This document shows, piece after piece, positions 48,889-55,062 of a DNA stretch of 55,062 bases. Source of the stretch: Octopus bimaculoides (lineage: Eukaryota); assembly GCF_001194135.2 (NCBI RefSeq), contig NC_068981.1, forward strand, positions 144,966,164 through 145,021,225. The letters are read 5' to 3'. Made by a program: the position numbers and the translations under genes. The notes under the pieces were generated by a model. It ran no database searches. It was given only the letters and a program-made list of their open reading frames with translations, and was not told the origin of the DNA. Numbering within the stretch: the first letter of the stretch is position 1; every line of letters starts with the position of its first letter.

Positions 48889-48927
48889 CTTTATCACAGG
48901 GAAAGTAAATAGATGGAATATTCGATT
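48889..48927 (-). CDS. Candidate 39-nt exon (ESNIPSIYFPCDK in phase 1; NRIFHLFTFPVIK in phase 0)
   Basis: Acceptor aatttgttttAG, donor AAG|GTAAGC; joins in frame to 49627-49694. Confidence 0.35.
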
Positions 48928-49626
48928 CTAAAACAAATTGTTTATGTTCCTTAAGAGACCAAATTATTTTACTAAGCCCAGTATTGTTGTGTTTATTGAT
49001 AGGTCTAAATATAGAATAAAATGCCTTTGACGTTATATCTATTATCGGGGTTTTTTTAATTACTTGCCAGCGTTCCCTTTATCATATATGCAGTCATCAC
49101 ATTCTGTTAAAATGTCTTATTGATGTGTTGGGTTTCTTTTTTCCCCTCATAAGAAGATTGCATTATTTTACATCATTTTATTCCTTCTTTATAAAGATTT
49201 CAATACCACCTGTGTTTAACTCCATATATATATATATATATATATATANNNNNNNNNNNNNNNNNNNNNNNNNNNNNNNNNNNNNNNNNNNNNNNNNNNN
49301 NNNNNNNNNNNNNNNNNNNNNNNNNNNNNNNNNNNNNNNNNNNNNNNNNNNNNNNNNNNNNNNNNNNNNNNNNNNNNNNNNNNNNNNNNNNNNNNNNNNN
49401 NNNNNNNNNNNNNNNNNNNNNNNNNNNNNNNNNNNNNNNNNNNNNNNNNNNNNNNNNNNNNNNNNNNNNNNNNNNNNNNNNNNNNNNNNNATATATATAT
49501 ATATATAAGAAAAAATAGTACTGACCTTGATATTATTAAACATCGGTCATCATGAACACTTTTTCAAGTTACAAATAAACAAATATACCTTAAAAAATAA
49601 TAGCTAAATATATAACAAGGCCTCAC

Positions 49627-49694
49627 CAGAAAATCTTTCCATAGAAGTAAACACGAAAATCACTGGACAAACAACACGTACCAATTGCGTGTTT
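49627..49694 (-). CDS. Candidate 68-nt exon NTQLVRVVCPVIFVFTSMERFS
   Basis: Strong acceptor ttcattttcttcttcctAG and donor CTG|GTGAGG; a 699-nt intron to the 39-nt candidate keeps the frame open. Confidence 0.35.
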
Positions 49695-49849
49695 CTAGGA
49701 AGAAGAAAATGAAGTAGCTCCCTCTTCAGTCATGCCTACACTAAAAGAATCAGTAATAGTATTATTCATGTCACTACTTCTATCCCTTCTTATTTGTTGC
49801 TTCCGTAGATTTATTTTTCATGGTTGATTGAGCTGTATATTTTCTATTG

Positions 49850-50150
49850 TGTAGCCCAACATATGTTTGTATTGAACATAGGTATTTTGTTAAAATTTTA
49901 TTTGTATGTGGCTTAATCTAAGAACATGTGTTGAAACGAGAGCGATTTCGTGGTATTTAGTTGGCCTTAAGAGTCTTCTACTTTTGTTCTGTCCGTGTGT
50001 TGTAGGTTCTATTGTAACATTTACATGGTTTTTGACGAGTCGCTCGTTAAAGGCGTCAATGCTTAATCTGTGCTAGTGTCTCTGTGATGTTAACATGTTA
50101 TTTTGTGCTTCCTGTATTCTATTGGATTGCTCTCATTGATTTGTGAGAGC
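49850..50150 (-). mobile_element. Possible Penelope GIY-YIG remnant
   Basis: Weak similarity only: RRLLRPTKYHEIALVSTHVLRLSHIQIKF. Confidence 0.2.
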
Positions 50151-50959
50151 TTATTTTTCTTGTTTGTCATCAGTTTTTTTTATATTTCATTTTCATAAAA
50201 CAATTTTATGCATCAATTTTTTTTACATATCTTTCTGTGATATTTTTATTGTTTATTTTTATCTCCGTATGTTCGTTAATGTATTTGAGCTTAGTCATAT
50301 CATTTTTCACTCCACACAATCTATAAATCTCCATTTTTTTAGTGTTAGTGGCTGTGTTGGTATCATAGAGTCTTATAATATAAGAGTAATGCCACGAGAC
50401 ACTTTTTGTCATCTTTTTAGTTGCTTTCTTTTTCCGCTTTTTTTTTTCTTTGTATTTTGATATATGATAGTTTGTCCTTTTCTTTGGGCTTAAGATTTTG
50501 AAAGGACATCGCTTTTGGTGTTAGAATTTACACATGCTTTGGAACGTAATCGCATTAAACCCACACTGTGGCTTTCAGGATAAATCCTGACTTGTAGATA
50601 TTACTGACATTACTCTGCTATATACCATATTAGAGGAGATACTTGATGTACTGTTGTATACAACTAATTTCCTTATTGTGTTGATTCGGTTTTTTTTGGG
50701 GTTTTTTTTTGTCTCATGTTTACTTATTCGGATTGCATGTATGTGGCTGTATGTGACATATACGATATATTCTGAAAATAATATAAACAGGGATATCATA
50801 AAATAAGTATTCGACATGCACTTACAATAAAAGTCTCCCTATTTTGTTAGGTTCTTCATTCTTTTCTTGAAACAGTTATGTTAATTTTTTTTCTTTTGTT
50901 CTTACAGAGCACTATGTTTTATCATCACCACGATTATTAATTGTAAAATGACATGACTC

Positions 50960-52376
50960 GTTAGATCGTCGGAAAAAGATGTTTTGAGTTCAAACCACGC
51001 CGAGGTATAGCCTGGAGGCAATCGTTGGCGACTAATGAATTTTCCCTATGGTCAACATCTTTTTGGTATTGGTGTCCAGTCTCTTGATGCCATTCAGTTC
51101 CCCCGCTGATGACATGGGACCTGTACGTTACTATGAGTATTGCTAGAGTTTTAATAGCTTTAAATCTATTAGCTGCATTCAACACACTTTTTAGTTTCAT
51201 ACAAACTTTTTCTGTAGTACTCTTGCCAAATTTCCTTTTTCATGACTGAGAGTTGTATGCCGGTCCTTCTTTCATTCCTAGGTATTTGTATTTATACTCT
51301 TGATCTAAATCTAGATTTTCAATCTTGGACATTTTCCCTTTCTTGAAGTGTCTTAAACGTACATGATTATCCCTTTTGTACTCTTTTTCGTGTCACCCAA
51401 AATTTCGATGATGGTAGGCAGAGACTTCTGCTGATTGTAAAATTGGCAAAAACATTAAGATCATCACTACAGAACACGTGATTCGGGTCTCTATTCTGTA
51501 AGTCGTACCCGGCACGTAGGTAATGTTCTACGGTTGATTTCAAAGCAGAAGTGTAGCGAGTTCCATTGGATAGTGAGTTCCATTGGAACGTACGGCACAT
51601 TATGCTGACCGGTCTGGTTGTCGTCGACTTCAGTACTTGGTAAATATTTAGAGAAGTCTTCCAGTTTAAATCATGCTTGTGATAATGAATTTTGACATCT
51701 AATGAGTATGAAAAGCAATCTTGTAATCAATTCCTGTTGCTGACAAGTTCTATTCTCTTTCAATTCTAAACACACGGCTTTAATGAGGAGTATCTGGTCC
51801 TTGCATTTATAGTTTCTTATCTTACACCCATCTGTTTTTCTCTAGAACGCAATAAAGCTTATATGTAGATAGGTGATGGCATGTCATTTGTTGGGTTCTG
51901 TATTTATGTTTGGGAGTGATTACACGGTTTTGTTTAGGAGCAATTACATGGTTGTTTTGGGGAGCGATTACATGTTTCTATATGTGAGCCATTCGGGGCA
52001 TTTCACTGGATTCATGATGAATTCCTTGTTGATCTATGAGCGGTTTTCATAAATGCTAGACAGCTTCTTGACGAAAAAGTTGCAATTCCATCTTTTCCTG
52101 TGCCACCTTACTGTCAGTCAGCAGTGATCTTGGTCGTGTTTAAATTGGTCTTCTTACTGGATCCATGTAGATCTGTTGTTCAATCCTATCTGTTGGTCTT
52201 CTCTCAGATCTCACACCAAAATTTTTCGATAGTCATTGGTTCATTGTTCAGTATCTTCTTATTTGACTTCCAGTAACATTTCTTGGTATACTCATTAAAA
52301 ATCTTGGTTCACCTCCTCTTGACAAATCTCCAGAGTTTGTATACCTTTATCTGAATCTCCTGCCTCAGTGTTTCCT

Positions 52377-52378
<2 letters not shown>
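50960..52378 (-). mobile_element. R4/Dong-like LINE RT fragment
   Basis: AGYDLQNRDPNHVFCSDDLNVFA (HLxYMDDLKLF equivalent), EYKYLG, KLKSVLNAANRFKAIKTLAILIVTY; heavily disabled. Confidence 0.8.

Positions 52379-52379
<1 letters not shown>

Positions 52380-52419
<40 letters not shown>
52380..52419. repeat. (TG)n microsatellite
   Basis: Direct inspection. Confidence 0.95.
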
Positions 52420-52421
<2 letters not shown>

Positions 52422-52894
52422 TTCTCTATGTATGATATTCGAATTGTGTAGTCCTGTACGGTTTCATACAGCCCAATGAGACGATGTATGACATATCATA
52501 TCAACTACAGTTCTAATCTCGCCGTATATGCCTTTTATCCTTCCGGGGTTGATAAAACAAAGAACCAGTCAATTACTGCGATTAATATAAAATCCTTCTC
52601 CCAAGTTTTCGGCTTTAGTCTGGACTAAAAGTGATTATTTGCTGAAGGGTAAGTCAAAGTATTTTTGTCGTTCCCAGCAATTGATATATTATTTGTTGAC
52701 ATTGCTTATTTTTAAAAATTTCTGTAAATTTTCTGCCTTGTATCAGAACTGACCAAAGACGCGATGCACTAGAGGCCTTATTCTTCTGGACCCTATTTAG
52801 AATAGGTTTCGCTTTCCAATTTTCGAAACATACTCTTTTGAAAGAAGCAATGCATTATTATGAGTAATATTAATTTTATTATTAGTGCAAATGA

Positions 52895-53010
52895 AATCAG
52901 CAAGTTGGCAGAATCATTTGCACGCCAGACAAAATGCTTGGTCCTGGGGTCGATGCAATCGACTACCTCCCTTCCCCATAATTTTAGGCCCTGTGCCTAG
53001 AAGGGATTAA
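52895..53010 (+). mobile_element. SINE family A, internally deleted
   Basis: Head GTTGGCAGAATC...AAATGCTTGG is joined directly to the 3' part GGGGTCGATGCAATCGACT...GGCCCTGTGCC. Confidence 0.7.
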
Positions 53011-53251
53011 TAGTCCAAACCGAATGACAGAATCCATAAATGTGACCTCGGCCTTCACGCGATTATTAAAATATGTACTTATAAAGTAATCCATCTTTTC
53101 TTTCTATTTTGTTTTCTTTTGCAAAGTCTGTCTCGGTGAAAATGGAAGTTAGAACATAAGAATACAAGGCATTTTGTCTTGTGTTTTAGGTTTTTATTTT
53201 ACTCCATTTGCAATGAGTAGTACTTCTTTCTTTATTATTACTAACAAGTCC

Positions 53252-53475
53252 AAGGCAGTGAGCTGGCAGAATCGTTAGCGCGCTGGACTAAATGCTTAGC
53301 AGTATTTCGCCCGGTGCTACGTTCCGATTTCAAATTCCGTCGAGATCGACTTTGCCTTTCATCCTTTCGAAGTCGATAAAATAAGTACCAGTTGAACATT
53401 GGGGGTCGATGTAATAAGCACATCCCCTCCACTAAAATTGCTACTCCTCTGGAAAAATTTGAAACCATTATTACT
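53252..53475 (+). mobile_element. SINE family A, full length
   Basis: AAGGCAGTGAGCTGGCAGAATCGTTAGC...GTCGAGATCGACTTTGCCTTTCATCCTTTCGAAGTCGATAAAATAAGTACCAG... Confidence 0.9.
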
Positions 53476-54394
53476 AATAGGTTCCAACACTTCATAGAAT
53501 ATCGTTTATTATAAAGCGCATTTACAGAGCGTGTTTGGATGTCCGAAAATAGTTCTATAAAAATATGGGAAAGGGCTAGCAATTACTTCTAACACATCAA
53601 CAAGACCTCAAATTTATGGGGCTGGAGATAACCAATTAAACTGATTCCGTTATTTATCCCTCACTTTTTTCAGCGATGTCTTATTTTATCAAATGCTCCA
53701 TAAATTCTACTACTAAACCGAGCTTTTATGACGCTATAATATTATTATTACAATTCTTTCACACAACGTATATAAATTCTTGATTTTTATGTTACATAGG
53801 TCTGTCTTGAGAAATCAAAAGTCGACTGGAAAATTTTTCGCGACGCTAGTAGATTATTTTCACTGATAAATGCATTTTCAAGTGTTAAAATGTTCATTCA
53901 CACAACTGGGATATAGGACATATAAAACTTGTAAGAGTAAACTATGCGAGACAGGTTTGTAATGGAAAATAATGGAAAAGTAATCCTTGGTGATACTCTC
54001 TACATTTGATTTATATTGTCTTACGTAGATAGCGTTTGTTTCGTCTCTTTGAATGAGGGAAATGGAGAATTTCAATGTGGGCCATAAATTCGTTAGAAAC
54101 GTAATGTAAGAAGTACAATCTTTCCTTTTACGCTCTCTTCCTTACATCCTCTCTCTCTCTCTCTCTTTCTCTCTGTTTCAGTCTTCGGTTTCTCTCTAGC
54201 ATTCTTTCTCTCACCCTATTTCCTGTCACTTCCATACTTTCTCTCTCTCGCATTCTCTCTTGCCACACCAACACACACATGCATATACACATTTTCTATA
54301 TGTTAAAGATTAACATATAGAAAATATATCTACTAAGATAAATGTATAAATGCACACACTCAGATAAATGCGTTAACATAGCTGGCCAATGGGG

Positions 54395-54414
54395 AGAGAC
54401 AGACAGACAGACAG

Positions 54415-54448
<34 letters not shown>

Positions 54449-54470
54449 ACACACACACACACAGACAGGC

Positions 54471-54559
<89 letters not shown>

Positions 54560-54560
54560 T
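54395..54560. repeat. Compound (GACA)/(CA)/(GATA) microsatellite
   Basis: Direct inspection. Confidence 0.95.
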
Positions 54561-54804
54561 AATGAAAACAATCAACGTAGGAAATTGCAGTAACATAATA
54601 AATCATTTGAGAGCTAGAAATGCATCTCTAAAAGTCTACACGCCTACACCCGACCATTGATATCAGCAACATCGTCACTGCAGTAAGCTTTGAGCTTAAT
54701 CTATTTAAGTACCGCCCATTGATACGTGTGTGTGTGTGTGTGTGTGTGTGTGTTTATGCATATACATGTATGTGTACATACATATATATATGTATATATC
54801 TTTT

Positions 54805-55031
54805 GTCGTTTACTTGTTTCAGTTACTAGACTGTGACCATGCTGGGGCACCCTTGAAGCGTCTTTTGGTCGAATGAATTGAATCCAGTACTAATTCTTTT
54901 AAAGTTTTCCACTTATTCTATCGAACTCCGCTATTTTAAGGGTTTTAAAGAGGCGTAAGACACCAGCTTCGGTTGTCAAATGGTACTGAGGGACAAACAC
55001 AGACACCAAGACACAAGCACACACACACACG

Positions 55032-55062
<31 letters not shown>
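54805..55062 (-). mobile_element. SINE family B 3' module plus (CA)n linker, running off the window end
   Basis: TTTACTTGTTTCAG...GACTGTGACCATGCTGGGGCACC...CGGTTGTCAA...GGACAAACACAGACAC. Confidence 0.85.

Overview
AT-rich, microsatellite-saturated eukaryotic DNA with 8 N-gaps. The repeat content (GATA/TG/TAA arrays, two abundant tRNA-type SINE families, R4/Dong, RTE and Penelope remnants) looks like a cephalopod draft assembly, probably Octopus; this is inference, not a database match. Most entries in the ORF track are microsatellite or antisense artefacts. The identifiable protein-coding material is decayed transposons: R4/Dong-like RLE LINEs (8.5-11.0, 19.0-19.3, 51.0-52.4 kb), RTE (15.5-16.5, 22.3-23.1 kb), Tx1/L1 RT (33.9-34.3 kb), Penelope-like RT (30.1-30.8 kb) and a full-length dead mariner (45.35-46.66 kb). 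There are also Helitron-like elements, hAT MITEs and many SINEs. No host gene can be named. Several short minus-strand segments have good splice sites and open frames, so the window may be largely intronic. Most notable: (i) a stack of at least five same-strand retroelement ends built on (TAA)n tracts, including a ~415-bp TAA-bounded element without an obvious tRNA head; (ii) an RTE copy with a twin-priming-like 5' inversion; (iii) several fold-back structures able to form long dsRNA; (iv) an inverted, exon-like ~220-bp duplication. I cannot demonstrate a new biological system from sequence alone; these are testable leads.
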